From Nitrospira sp. (GTDB lineage: Bacteria > Nitrospirota > Nitrospiria > Nitrospirales > Nitrospiraceae), in the NCBI GenBank assembly GCA_003135435.1, contig PLBR01000102.1, positions 13,303 to 73,944 on the forward strand: a stretch of 60,642 bases of DNA. The letters are read 5' to 3'. A program made the position numbers and the translations under genes. Position 1 is the stretch's first letter; each line of letters opens with the position of its first letter. Of the stretch, positions 9,057-19,232 are shown one piece after another. The notes below the pieces were generated by a model. It saw nothing but the letters and a program-made list of their open reading frames with translations, searched no databases and was not told the DNA's origin.

Positions 9057-10676
9057 ATGAGAATTTCCGGTTTGCTTTTTGTCACACTCGCAGTCGTCAT
9101 GCTGTTCGCAGGCCTGACGCAACAAGCACAGGCCGTCGAGGAAGGCCAACTCGTAAAGAAGGAGGGACGGTGGGAGTACTTTTCCGGTGAGGATCCAGGC
9201 CTCAAATATCTCTATCTCAAAGGTATCATTACCCAAGAGGAGTATGACAAGGGTCTTAGAGTATTGGAAACCAGAGAACGCGTCTCCAAGCCGAATTTCA
9301 CTATCGACGTCAACAATGGCTTAAACATCCGCGTCGGGGAGAAATTTTTCCTGAAACTCCGGCTGCTCACCCAGGTACGCTACAGCTACAGTACCTTTAA
9401 TAAAGCCTGGGGGACGATCGGAGACTCAAGAAATGAAGAGATTCTGGGAGGCCAGGTGGAGTTTCGCGGTGTCAGGAAACAGAGCGATTCGAGCGTGTTT
9501 ACGGTTCCCCGCACCCGTCTGCAATTCCTGGGATATGCCTTCGATCCCGACTTACGCTACAACATATCTTTGCAGATGGATCAGGCGCCATTTAATCAAG
9601 AGGGGGGCAGCGGCAGAGTCGCCCTCCAGGACGCCTATATCGCATCCTGGCATATCCCTGTTGCCACCGTCCAAGTCGGCCAACAGCGGGTCTGGTTCAA
9701 TCGCGCCCTCGTGAGTTCGATCACCACGTCAACCTTTGCGGACAATATGCTTGTCCAGCAAGCGTTTGCCGCCAATCAAATTAATAGTCGTGACATCGGC
9801 ATCACCATCCTCAGCGATGAGGATCAATACAAATTCAACTATACCTTTGGCATCTGGGGGGGGATTGGGCCGAACCTCACGAATGAAGGTACGGCCGTCA
9901 GCCAGAGCCTTCCCAACAACGCCAGCCTTCCCACTCAGCAGCAGCGGACCTTCAACTACGACACCCGCTTCCGGAACGGCGAGATGATGTACACGGCCAG
10001 GCTGCTGTACAAAATATCCGGCAATCCAGGATATGGCCAGGGAGACATTTTGAACTCTCGTGTGCCTCAAGTAGCGATCGGAGCCGGCTATGCCTATAAC
10101 CCGGCTCAGAATTATTTGAGTTCAACGCGCTCCGACATTGTCGATCGCGCGTATCGCCAGGCAGTCACCAATAGCTACAACGGTCGGCTTCTCGGCGGAG
10201 GGGTCTACGATTTCCAGACCTACGAGGTGGATCTCATCGCGAAATACCAGGGGTGGTCGCTCCAGTCAGAAGGGTACTACCGGCACCAGCGGGTGCGGAC
10301 TCCCGATGATGGAACCATTCCATTCACCCCGGCGACCACGGTTGTTTTAGGCCCCCCGGTATCTCTCGGCCAAGCCTGGGGCTGGTACGTCCAGATCGGC
10401 AAGTACATCATTCCGCGGAAGCTCGAGCTCGCAGTCCGGTATGGTGTCTTGGATCCATCGACACAACAGAAACATGACCTGACCAAAGAGTTCGGCGCCG
10501 CCATCAACTATAGCTTCGACGGCACTTACAACAACCGATTGGTCGTCGACTATACCAACCTCACAGTGGGAAGCGGCGGACGCGCGCCGGATCGGTTCCC
10601 GTTCGAGAGCCAACCGGGATTCGGTCAAGACCTTATCGAAAACCGGATCAATGTGCAGTACCAGTTCTATTTCTAG
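9057..10676 (+). CDS. outer-membrane porin (porin O/P-like), paralogue B
   Basis: ATG 9057 after GGAGGGA. Signal peptide MRISGLLFVTLAVVMLFAGLTQQAQA. Ends NVQYQFYF. Strong similarity to 2845..4638. Confidence 0.75.
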   Translation: MRISGLLFVTLAVVMLFAGLTQQAQAVEEGQLVKKEGRWEYFSGEDPGLKYLYLKGIITQEEYDKGLRVLETRERVSKPNFTIDVNNGLNIRVGEKFFLKLRLLTQVRYSYSTFNKAWGTIGDSRNEEILGGQVEFRGVRKQSDSSVFTVPRTRLQFLGYAFDPDLRYNISLQMDQAPFNQEGGSGRVALQDAYIASWHIPVATVQVGQQRVWFNRALVSSITTSTFADNMLVQQAFAANQINSRDIGITILSDEDQYKFNYTFGIWGGIGPNLTNEGTAVSQSLPNNASLPTQQQRTFNYDTRFRNGEMMYTARLLYKISGNPGYGQGDILNSRVPQVAIGAGYAYNPAQNYLSSTRSDIVDRAYRQAVTNSYNGRLLGGGVYDFQTYEVDLIAKYQGWSLQSEGYYRHQRVRTPDDGTIPFTPATTVVLGPPVSLGQAWGWYVQIGKYIIPRKLELAVRYGVLDPSTQQKHDLTKEFGAAINYSFDGTYNNRLVVDYTNLTVGSGGRAPDRFPFESQPGFGQDLIENRINVQYQFYF

Positions 10677-10716
10677 ACTTATGATGAATTTCATCACGAT
10701 GACCAGGAGGTACTTC

Positions 10717-11541
10717 ATGACACGCCGAAGCGTACTATTGAAAAGTCTGTTCTTCCTCGGTGTATTGACAACGACCGTTTGGACAGCGCCGCCCGTGCAG
10801 GCGCAACCAGAAACCCTTACAATCGCCGCAGCCAACAGCCTCAGAGACGTGTTTCGAAAAGTATTACCGCTTTTCGAGGCGCTGCACCGCGAAATCAACG
10901 TGCGGGTCATCTACGGACCCTCTCAAACGCTCCGCAATCAGATCGAACAGGGCGCGCCGGTGGATGTCTTCCTACCGTCGCTGTTTGAGGAAATTGAACA
11001 GCTCGAAAAAAAAGGACTGATCATTCAAGGAACCAAGCGGGCCTATGCCGGCACATCGTTGGTCTTGATCACCAGCACCACTCACCCCGCCCCCATTGCC
11101 TCCATTCAAGATCTGAGAACAGTCCCGGTCCGACGGATTGCCGTCGGGGACCCTAAGTCTTCGTCGGTAGGGAAAGTGGCGGCTCAGTTTCTGAAATACA
11201 ACAAGCTCGATCTCCAACTTAAGTCTCACTACGTCTTCGGGGAACATTCCCGAGCCGTGCTCGATCTGGTTGCCAAGGGCGAAGCCGAGCTCGGCGTCGT
11301 GTATCGAACAGACGCTGTGTCGAATGCGAATGTCCGTATTCTCGATACAGCCCCGGCCGACTCCCATGCTCCCATCCGCTATGGAGTCACCGCAGTATGG
11401 ACTTCAAAAAACATTTCGGGTGCCGGTGACTTTATCGAGTTCTTGTTGACGCCCGAGATCCAAACCCTCTTGCAGAAAAATGGATTTGATCGCGTGCCAT
11501 CCGAAGTCGGCTTTGCCCAACAGCAGGAGGTCAAATCATGA
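10717..11541 (+). CDS. ModA-like periplasmic binding protein, paralogue B
   Basis: ATG 10717 after AGGAGG. Signal peptide, then LTIAAANSL..VF......FE.....I.V..IYGPSQTL..QIEQGAPVDVF. Confidence 0.7.
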   Translation: MTRRSVLLKSLFFLGVLTTTVWTAPPVQAQPETLTIAAANSLRDVFRKVLPLFEALHREINVRVIYGPSQTLRNQIEQGAPVDVFLPSLFEEIEQLEKKGLIIQGTKRAYAGTSLVLITSTTHPAPIASIQDLRTVPVRRIAVGDPKSSSVGKVAAQFLKYNKLDLQLKSHYVFGEHSRAVLDLVAKGEAELGVVYRTDAVSNANVRILDTAPADSHAPIRYGVTAVWTSKNISGAGDFIEFLLTPEIQTLLQKNGFDRVPSEVGFAQQQEVKS

Positions 11542-12272
11542 ACGGCAGCAGCCATTCAGTACATTCGCACAATCAGTGGTCAGTTCGGGCGCTGTTCATC
11601 CTTATAGGTCTCACGGTGATCACCAGTTGTGCGAGCCAGCCCCTCGCGCCTCAAAAGACGATCTATGAGTCGGGGCTCAACACGGTCCGCGTGGAGGGAG
11701 ATCCTGACTCGACATCCAACACACACCCGACCGCGTTGACGCCGACAGAGGTTGGGACCTTACTCCGAGGCGTCCGGTCATGGGAACGGCGAAACGTGAT
11801 TCACGAATTGTTCAGCGGTCAAGCCGACCGGACCCGAGCATTCCGGGATGAAGAAATCATCCTGCTTGCCCCGGCACTCTCAAAGGCCTTGGCACAGGCC
11901 ACACCTACCCAGCGAATTTACTTCCACCTGAGCCATACGACGGATCAAGGAGAGGAAGAAACCACCACGGGATGGCTCGCAGTTCGAGGCACCATCCTCT
12001 CCCTCTCAGTGAGCGAGGTCCATGATCAGCATAGTCCAGGTCCAGATATCAGTAAATATGACCGGCAGATGCCAAACGTCCCTGAACGATCCGCAGCCTT
12101 CGATGTGACCTTTGAGCCTGAGGAATATCTGGCCAAGGTCAGTTCCGGAGGACGGCTGTTCGCACCAGATCAACGGGAAGAACTCCAGATTCTGTATCGG
12201 GAAGCGCTTTCGGCCATGCCGATTCAGCCTGGACTGGATCAGGACCGAAAGATCAAACCTTCTCAGCCCTGA
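11538..12272 (+). CDS. conserved lipoprotein, unknown function (paralogue B)
   Basis: ATGA overlap with the upstream PBP stop. Lipobox VITSC. Paralogue of 4721..5365. Confidence 0.65.
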   Translation: MNGSSHSVHSHNQWSVRALFILIGLTVITSCASQPLAPQKTIYESGLNTVRVEGDPDSTSNTHPTALTPTEVGTLLRGVRSWERRNVIHELFSGQADRTRAFRDEEIILLAPALSKALAQATPTQRIYFHLSHTTDQGEEETTTGWLAVRGTILSLSVSEVHDQHSPGPDISKYDRQMPNVPERSAAFDVTFEPEEYLAKVSSGGRLFAPDQREELQILYREALSAMPIQPGLDQDRKIKPSQP

Positions 12273-12295
12273 ATGACCTCATTGCAATACGGAGG

Positions 12296-13255
12296 ATGAT
12301 CATGAATATGCGCGGATTGCTATTCCTAGGAGTCTGGACACTCATCACCTCGGCCCATGCCGCCATCGCAGGGGATACGATCCGTGTTGGGCATTTCCCG
12401 AACATCACGCATGTCCAAGGTTTGGTGGCCCAACATCTCTCTCGCACCGGCCGCGGATGGTTTGAACAACGTTTGGAAACCGACGTCAAAATCGAGTGGT
12501 ACATCTACAACGCTGGGCCGAGCGCGATGGAAGCGATCCTGGCGGACTCTATCGACTTGACCTACGTGGGTCCAAGTCCGGCATTGAATGTCTATGCCAA
12601 ATCCCACGGCGAGGAAGTCCGAATCATTGCCGGCGCAGCCCTGGTCGTCCAGCCGGACTCCAGACTCGCACAGCCCGCTGATTTCCGCGGAAAAACCATC
12701 GCCACCCCGCAGCTCGGCAATACCCAGGACATTGCATGCCGGGCTTGGTTGGCAAACGGGGGACTCAAGATCACACAGATGGGCGGAGAGGCCTTTCTCG
12801 TCCCCATCCCCAACCCAGATCAGCTCACCCTGTTTCAGCAGAAAAAGGTCGATGCGGTATGGACCGTCGAACCATGGGTGTCCCGCCTGGAACGCGAAGC
12901 GGGAGGCAAAGTGCTCGTCGAACAGTCACACGAAAGCATTACCGTCCTGGTGTCGAGCGTGAAGTTTCTCAAGACGAAACCTGAGCTGGCCAAAAAATTT
13001 GCGCAAGCCCACCGTGAGCTCACCGAATGGATTCTCGCGCATTCTGATGAGGCCAGGCAGATGGTCCGGCAGGAATTGGCCGCCGAGACGCGAGCCGAGG
13101 TGTCGGCGGACTTGATTGCCCAAGCATGGAAACGCATCGTGTTGACCACAGACGTCTCCCCGGATGAGTATCAGCATTTCATCTCTAATGCCCAGCGAGC
13201 GGGATTCATGCGCATAGCCCCCGACTTGTCACGGCTCATCGAAAGGCTGAACTGA
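12296..13255 (+). CDS. NitT/TauT-family ABC transporter substrate-binding protein (SsuA/NrtA-like)
   Basis: Signal peptide, then IRVGHFPNITH..., D..Y.GPSPAL, GKTIATPQLGNTQD, typical of this family. Confidence 0.8.
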   Translation: MIMNMRGLLFLGVWTLITSAHAAIAGDTIRVGHFPNITHVQGLVAQHLSRTGRGWFEQRLETDVKIEWYIYNAGPSAMEAILADSIDLTYVGPSPALNVYAKSHGEEVRIIAGAALVVQPDSRLAQPADFRGKTIATPQLGNTQDIACRAWLANGGLKITQMGGEAFLVPIPNPDQLTLFQQKKVDAVWTVEPWVSRLEREAGGKVLVEQSHESITVLVSSVKFLKTKPELAKKFAQAHRELTEWILAHSDEARQMVRQELAAETRAEVSADLIAQAWKRIVLTTDVSPDEYQHFISNAQRAGFMRIAPDLSRLIERLN

Positions 13256-13256
13256 G

Positions 13257-14063
13257 ATGGCCGCGTCTGAAGTCAATTCGGCCAATACCGTGTCCTCCAA
13301 GCTGGTCCTCGAACATGTCTCGAAATCGTTTCGGACCAGAACGCTGACGGTCCACGCCCTTGATGATGTCACGCTCCGCATTGCAGAAGGAGAGTTCGTC
13401 TGTCTCGTCGGCCCCAGCGGCTGCGGTAAATCGACGTTGCTCAATATCATTGCCGGATTGGAGCGACCCGATCGCGGCCTGGTCCAGGCCGATGGAAAAA
13501 CCATCGTTGGACCCGGGCCACACCGCCTCGTCATGTTTCAGGAAGCGTCGCTGTTTCCGTGGCTGACGGTCCTCGGAAACGTCCTCTTCGGCCTCAAACT
13601 CATCAACAGCGTGAGTGCGGCGGAACGCCGTGAGAAGGCCGAGTATTTCCTTGAACTCGTCGGCCTCAAGAAGTTCATGCATTCCAATGTTCATGAATTG
13701 TCTGGCGGCATGAAACAACGCGTGGCCTTGGCTCGGGCCCTGGCGCCGAACCCCAGCGTCCTCCTGATGGATGAACCCTTCGGCGCGCTCGACGCCCTGA
13801 CACGCGAACAACTGTACGGGGACATTCAACGAATCTGGAGCTAGCACCGTAAGACCATCGTCTTCGTCACTCACAACGTGCGTGAAGCCGTCTGCTTGGG
13901 TGACCGCGTCATTTTGTTCTCGCCGAACCCTGGTCGGATTCGCGAGGGATTCGCCATTCCTCTGCCTCGGCCACGCGACATCAACAGTGTTGACCTAGCT
14001 CGCTACTCGACCGAAATCACCCGTGTCCTGAAAGGCTACGTCCAGACCGAGGTGGTAGGATGA
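13257..14063 (+). pseudogene. NitT/TauT-family ABC ATPase interrupted by an in-frame TAG (13845-13847)
   Basis: Walker A GPSGCGKST, signature LSGGMKQRVALARAL and Walker B LLMDEPFGALD lie upstream of the stop. FVTHNVREA and the C-terminal part continue in the same frame after it. Confidence 0.75.
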
Positions 14064-14830
14064 TCGCACGGTGGCTGGCCGCAGCACTGTTCTTTGTACT
14101 CCTCGTTGCCGCGTGGTATCTCGCCGTCAAAGCACACATCTGGTCTCCCCTCTTACTGCCCTCGCCCCTCAGCGTCTTCGAGTATCTCCGATCCGCCGCT
14201 GAAGACGGCACTCTCTGGGAAGCCACGCGGATCACGGTCCGAAGGCTGCTCATCGGATACGGGTTGGGAGTTCTCGTGGGCCTTCCATTAGGCCTTCTCA
14301 CCGCATCATCCCGCTGGTGCCAGGACACGATCGGCGTCCTCGCATTAGGACTGCAAACTCTCCCCAGCGTCTGTTGGGTGCCGCTGGCCCTGCTCTGGTT
14401 CGGTCAAACAGAAGCCGCCCTGCTGTTCGTCGTCGTGATGGGAACCCTCTGGTCGCTGATCAATGCGACCGACAACGGCGTGCGGACCATTCCACCCATT
14501 TATACGCGCGCAGCCCGCAGCATGGGTTCGACCGGATTGCACACGTGGACACATGTCGTCTTGCCGGCGGCGCTTCCATTTCTTTTGAACGGCATGAAAC
14601 AGGGTTGGGCCTTTGCCTGGCGATCTCTGATGGCAGCGGAAATCTACGTGACGGTCCTCACGGGATTTGGCCTCGGGCATTTGCTACACTATGGCCGCGA
14701 GCTGAATGCGATGGATCAAGTCATCGGCGTGATGTTCATCATCGTCGTGATTGGTCTGGCCGTAGACAAAACGCTGTTTGCTCCGATAGAACAGTTTCTC
14801 CATCGCCGCTGGGGAACAGCGCGCCAGTAG
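14060..14830 (+). CDS. NitT/TauT-family ABC transporter permease
   Basis: ATGA overlap with the ATPase stop. Multi-TM protein with LPSP, W.A...T..R...GY, LPSVCWVPLALLWFG, VLPAALPF. Confidence 0.85.
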   Translation: MIARWLAAALFFVLLVAAWYLAVKAHIWSPLLLPSPLSVFEYLRSAAEDGTLWEATRITVRRLLIGYGLGVLVGLPLGLLTASSRWCQDTIGVLALGLQTLPSVCWVPLALLWFGQTEAALLFVVVMGTLWSLINATDNGVRTIPPIYTRAARSMGSTGLHTWTHVVLPAALPFLLNGMKQGWAFAWRSLMAAEIYVTVLTGFGLGHLLHYGRELNAMDQVIGVMFIIVVIGLAVDKTLFAPIEQFLHRRWGTARQ

Positions 14831-14854
14831 ATTTTCCAACAAAGGGGGATTGCC

Positions 14855-15595
14855 ATGGCAACTCAACACAGTACGGTTTCACCGTTAGTTGCTTCAATCG
14901 TGGTGGCCATGGCACTGATGTTCGTGCCCGCGGCTATGGCTGGGCAGTTCGGCACGCCAAAAGAAAACGAAAGAACCAGGATTTTTCAGCCCACTGAACA
15001 TCCGTACTACAGTGGACAATTCCACCTTTCCGGGCAGAGAACCACTCTGATCGGAAGCGTGAACGATCACGCACCGTGGGACCACCTCGACTATGCCGGC
15101 AAACACCTCATACCGGTGCAAGGGACGATCGACATCGAGGTGAACGAACTCACGAACAGTGGCCAGGTCATCGCCGAATTTGCCGAGGGCGCCGATCGCT
15201 ATCGAATCGTCTTTGACCGGTTTGCCGCGAAAGCTCCGTTCCAGGATGGAGGCATTGCGACAAGGCTCTATGAACATGGTGACTCCGGAAACGGCGATCC
15301 GCTGTATCCGAAAACGTGGCTCTATCTCGGTGGCTGGGGCAAGGCCACGATGCACAAGAACGATCAGGTGCTCTACACCGACTACGATGCCCACTTCATG
15401 GTGATGGAACGGTCCCGCGATCCCAAGACCCATGAGGTCCGCTATCCCGTGAAGCGCACGCTGCCTGGTGGGGAAACCGATCCGGCGGGCATGGAAATCG
15501 ATCTCTGGGTCCGGTCGAAAGAACAAAACGCGAACAATTTTCCTCCCTTTGAAACCTTCGTCCATCTCTGTTGGGAAGAAGTCACCTGGCGATAA
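14855..15595 (+). CDS. secreted hypothetical protein
   Basis: Signal peptide (VASIVVAMALMFVPAAMA). I recognise no family. Same strand and closely spaced after the ABC genes. Confidence 0.6.
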   Translation: MATQHSTVSPLVASIVVAMALMFVPAAMAGQFGTPKENERTRIFQPTEHPYYSGQFHLSGQRTTLIGSVNDHAPWDHLDYAGKHLIPVQGTIDIEVNELTNSGQVIAEFAEGADRYRIVFDRFAAKAPFQDGGIATRLYEHGDSGNGDPLYPKTWLYLGGWGKATMHKNDQVLYTDYDAHFMVMERSRDPKTHEVRYPVKRTLPGGETDPAGMEIDLWVRSKEQNANNFPPFETFVHLCWEEVTWR

Positions 15596-15614
15596 GGAGA
15601 AGAAACCTCATCCG

Positions 15615-15986
15615 ATGGAAAAGAAAACTTTCGAAAGCCTGAAGACATTCTCAGAGCACAGTTTCGTTCGGAAACGGATCTGGCAAACGGATAAGCTCCA
15701 TTGCAACATTTACTGTTTTGAGCCAGGACAGCAGAATAGCCTGCACCGCCATCCGGTCTCTGATGAAGTCGTGTTTTGTTTGGAGGGTGAAGGGATTGTT
15801 GTCGTTGGCATAGAGCAACAGTCCATCAAAGCTGGAGAAACCCTGTTGGTCCCGATGAACACCCCCCATGGGTACATCAATACGAGCCTAGACCGCCCCA
15901 TGATCATCAGCGTGATTCAATGTCCACTCCCGGTTGACCATGTGCCAGTCGAACCCGGTAACTTATCCACGTTGATCAGGCCCTAA
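15615..15986 (+). CDS. cupin-domain protein
   Basis: ATG 15615 after AAGGAG. Cupin motifs G..NSLHRHP.SDEV..CLEG.G and G..LLVP...PHGY. Confidence 0.7.
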   Translation: MEKKTFESLKTFSEHSFVRKRIWQTDKLHCNIYCFEPGQQNSLHRHPVSDEVVFCLEGEGIVVVGIEQQSIKAGETLLVPMNTPHGYINTSLDRPMIISVIQCPLPVDHVPVEPGNLSTLIRP

Positions 15987-16017
15987 AGCACGTGATCTCC
16001 CCTGTGAATTTACCAAA

Positions 16018-16686
16018 ATGTTGAAGACGATTCACCTGCGCATTCTACTGCTTCTCGCCGTGGCGATGGCTGTCCCGGTGGTTGGGTTCTCGCTTGATAG
16101 CGCTACCCGTGTGTGGACCTTTGACGATGATCCGCCGGAAAGTCTTCCCCCTGAGTTCCAGGTGGGAACCCTATTTGATGGGCGGCCTGCTGGGGAATGG
16201 AAGATCCTTCAGACCGAGATGGCCAATCACGGAAAGCATGTGCTTGGTCAGCTCTTGGGAAAAGGCGCCGAACACGCTTATAAGGTCGTGTTGGTCCAAG
16301 GCACGACGGCCACCGATCTGGACTTGCGCGTCTCCTTCCTGCCCATCTCAGGCAAAGCGGATATGGGAGGCGGCCTGATCTGGCGGGCAACGGATGATCG
16401 AAACTACTATCTGGCAAGGGCCAACCCGTTGGAACAAAACATTCGAGTGTATCGGATCGAGAAAGGCGTTCGACACCTGTTACAAAACTTCGACCAGACG
16501 ATTGACGTGAGACAGTGGCACACACTGCGGGTCACCCATCAAGGCTGTCGCGTGAACATCTTCTATGACGACAAGCAGGTCTTCGATCTCTGTGACAAGA
16601 CGTTCCACGACGGGATGATTGGACTATGGACCAAGTCGGATGCCGTCACCTACTTCGACGATCTCCAGTTGCAGCATTTGAAATGA
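16018..16686 (+). CDS. secreted concanavalin-like/DUF1080-like protein
   Basis: Signal peptide. Motifs W.....G.W.., D.DL.V.F.., GGGLIWRA.D..NYY, W..L.V......V..Y.D. Confidence 0.6.
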   Translation: MLKTIHLRILLLLAVAMAVPVVGFSLDSATRVWTFDDDPPESLPPEFQVGTLFDGRPAGEWKILQTEMANHGKHVLGQLLGKGAEHAYKVVLVQGTTATDLDLRVSFLPISGKADMGGGLIWRATDDRNYYLARANPLEQNIRVYRIEKGVRHLLQNFDQTIDVRQWHTLRVTHQGCRVNIFYDDKQVFDLCDKTFHDGMIGLWTKSDAVTYFDDLQLQHLK

Positions 16687-16705
16687 ACGCACACGAGACA
16701 ATGGG

Positions 16706-16811
16706 CGAGGGTTGATCTGGTTCATTTGGTTTGTCTAGTTCAACTAAACAAACTAGACAGACCAGATAAACAAGAGAGACCAGTCGCGCATCACTCGCGC
16801 CGCGCGGCTAG
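16706..16811. repeat. degenerate copy of repeat family 1 (GGTCTG/GGTTTG-rich hairpin core, CTAG end)
   Basis: The core GATCTGGTTCATTTGGTTTGTCTAGTTCAACTAAACAAACTAGACAGACCAGATAAAC is related to the cores at 19570-19730, 25010-25090 and 42360-42450. Ends in GCTAGC next to the tex stop. Confidence 0.4.
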
Positions 16812-19232
16812 CTACTTCTTCTGCTTGGCGCGCGCCAGTGCCAGCGCCATGGCCATCATGCCGCCTGGCTGTGTCTGGCGCTCCGGAGCATGCTGGGGTG
16901 CTGGAGGACGCCGGTCATGCGGCTCGCGTGCCACTCTCGCAGAGATCTCGACGGGCGCGCGGCTTGAGGCCGAAGCACTGATGGGCGCATCGTCGAGGCG
17001 CATGGTCAGAGAGATGCGCTGGCGCTTCACATCGACGTCGAGCACCTTCACCTTCACGATCTGGCCAGGCTTGACGACCTCATGGGGGTCCTTGATGAAT
17101 TTATTTGCCAGCGAGGACACATGCACGAGACCGTCCTGATGCACACCGACGTCAACGAAGGCTCCAAACGCGGCGACGTTTGTGACGACGCCTTCGAGGA
17201 TCATGCCTCCTTTTAGATCGGTCAGCGATTCGATGCCCTCTTGGAATGTGGCCGTCTTAAATTCCGGGCGCGGATCCCTGCCCGGCTTTTCCAGCTCAGT
17301 CAGGATGTCACGCACCGTCGGCACGCCGAACTTCTCATCGGTAAAATCGGCGGGAGATAATCCCTTTAAAGCCGCCGGCTGACCCATCACGTCCACGATA
17401 CCTTTGCTGATGCGTGCGAGAATGCGCTCGACCACCGAATAGGCTTCCGGGTGGACCGAGGAACGATCGAGCGGATTGTCGCCGTCGTTGATACGCAGAA
17501 ATCCCGCGGCTTGTTCGAATGTCTTGTCGCCCAGCCGTGGCACCTTGCGTATCGTGGTGCGATTCGGGAAGGGGCCGTTCGCATCACGGTACTCGACGAT
17601 GTTCTTCGCCAGAACCTTGTTCAGACCGGACACCCGTTCGAGTAGCGGAGCCGATGCCGTATTGACGTCCACGCCCACGGCGTTGACGCAGTCTTCGACG
17701 GTTGCATCGAGCGAACGCGCCAGGGTCCGTTGGTTCACATCGTGCTGATATTGGCCGACGCCGATCGCCTTGGGATCGATCTTCACCAGCTCAGCCAGCG
17801 GGTCTTGCAGACGCCGGGCGATGGAGACGGCACCGCGCAGGCTGACATCCAGATCGGGAAACTCGGCAGCGGCGAAGGCCGACGCTGAATAGACCGACGC
17901 GCCGGCTTCGCTCACCACGATCTTGGCCACGTTGTGATCCGGCTTGTGAGCCACGACCACTTTAATCACCTCAATGGCAAGCTTGTCGGTCTCCCGGCTG
18001 CCGGTACCATTACCGATCGAGATCAGTTCGACGCCATGCTGGACGACCAACCGTGCCAGCGTCGCCAGTGATCCCTGCCAGTCATTGCGCGGCTGGAGCG
18101 GGTAAATGGTCGTGGTCTCCAGTAGCTTGCCGGTCGCATCGACAACCGCCACCTTGCAGCCCGTGCGGATGCCGGGGTCGAGGCCAAGCACGGCCTTTGG
18201 GCCTGCAGGCGCCGCCAGCAACAGCTCGTGCAGATTGCGACCGAAAATCTTGATCGCCTCGGCCTCCGCGGCTTCGCGCAACTGCACCAGCAGTTCCACT
18301 GTAAGATGCAGGTGCACCTTGCCGCGCCAGGTCCAATCGCAGACGCTCATGAGCCACTTGTCCGCGCGGCGGCCACGGTCTTCGATGCCAACATGCGCCG
18401 CGATCTTCGCGATGCCGGGATGCGGCACGGCGGCTTCGAGTGCTTCACCCAGGCCCAATTCAATCTTCAACACACCCAGCATGCGGCCACGGAACAGCGC
18501 CAGCGCGCGATGCGAAGGAGTGGTGCGGATGGTTTCAGAATAGGCATAGTAATCTCGGAACTTTTCTTCCTCGGCCGTTTCCTTGCCTTTCATCACGGTG
18601 GACGTGACGACGCCCAGATCCCACAGGCGGGTACGCAATTTGGCAAGCAGCTCGGCGGTCTCGGCAAAACGCTCGACCAGAATGTCTCGCGCACCCTCGA
18701 GCGCGGCTTTTTCGTCCGGCACATTGATGGCCTCAACACCCTCGGCAGCAGGCTTCACGTTCAAATACTTCGCCGCTTCCTGCTCCGGATCAAGCGTCGG
18801 GTCGGCGAACAGGGCATCGGCCAGCGGCTCCAGCCCTGCCTCGCGCGCAATTTGCGCTCGCGTGCGCCGCTTGGGCTTGTAGGGCAAATAGAGGTCTTCC
18901 AATGTTTGCTTGGTCGCGGCCGCCTCGATGGTGCCGCGCAGTACGCCGGTGAGTTTCCCCTGCTCCTCGATCGAAGACAGAATCGCCGCGCGGCGCAGCT
19001 CCAATTCCCGTAGATACAGGAGGCGCTCTTCCAACGTGCGCAAGTGTGTATCGTCCAGGTTGCCGGTGACCTCCTTGCGATAGCGTGCGATAAACGGCAC
19101 GGTCGAACCTTCGTCAAGCAGGGCCACTGCAGCCGCGACTTGATGGGGTCCCACGCCGAGTTCCCTGGCAATGAGTGGAACAATCTTCAGCTGTGCCGCG
19201 TCAGAAACTGTCTGGGTCATTGGAGAAACCAT
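16812..19232 (-). CDS. tex: Tex, S1-domain transcription accessory protein
   Basis: 806 aa. N-terminus IARELGV...[26 protein letters not shown], YqgF/HhH region and a C-terminal S1 domain ([21 protein letters not shown]). Confidence 0.9.
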   Translation of the reverse strand: MVSPMTQTVSDAAQLKIVPLIARELGVGPHQVAAAVALLDEGSTVPFIARYRKEVTGNLDDTHLRTLEERLLYLRELELRRAAILSSIEEQGKLTGVLRGTIEAAATKQTLEDLYLPYKPKRRTRAQIAREAGLEPLADALFADPTLDPEQEAAKYLNVKPAAEGVEAINVPDEKAALEGARDILVERFAETAELLAKLRTRLWDLGVVTSTVMKGKETAEEEKFRDYYAYSETIRTTPSHRALALFRGRMLGVLKIELGLGEALEAAVPHPGIAKIAAHVGIEDRGRRADKWLMSVCDWTWRGKVHLHLTVELLVQLREAAEAEAIKIFGRNLHELLLAAPAGPKAVLGLDPGIRTGCKVAVVDATGKLLETTTIYPLQPRNDWQGSLATLARLVVQHGVELISIGNGTGSRETDKLAIEVIKVVVAHKPDHNVAKIVVSEAGASVYSASAFAAAEFPDLDVSLRGAVSIARRLQDPLAELVKIDPKAIGVGQYQHDVNQRTLARSLDATVEDCVNAVGVDVNTASAPLLERVSGLNKVLAKNIVEYRDANGPFPNRTTIRKVPRLGDKTFEQAAGFLRINDGDNPLDRSSVHPEAYSVVERILARISKGIVDVMGQPAALKGLSPADFTDEKFGVPTVRDILTELEKPGRDPRPEFKTATFQEGIESLTDLKGGMILEGVVTNVAAFGAFVDVGVHQDGLVHVSSLANKFIKDPHEVVKPGQIVKVKVLDVDVKRQRISLTMRLDDAPISASASSRAPVEISARVAREPHDRRPPAPQHAPERQTQPGGMMAMALALARAKQKK

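Noticed and set aside
13845-13847. The two in-frame TAG codons (13845 and 40704) as evidence for stop-codon recoding or pyrrolysine.
   Set aside because: TAG is used as an ordinary terminator by many intact genes here, for example 8693, 10676, 19763 and 35302. The second case also has a frameshift and deletion. Simple gene decay or sequencing error is more parsimonious.
14317-14997. Long alternative-frame or antisense ORFs inside strong genes: 14317..14997, 14894..15565, 18228..19013, 32497..33489, 36498..37310, 41328..42284 and 26211..26882.
   Set aside because: Each overlaps a gene with an unmistakable family signature (permease, Tex, NtrC-type regulator, RibBA, MFS, TrmL). All have Arg/Gly/Pro-rich compositions typical of shadow ORFs in GC-rich DNA.
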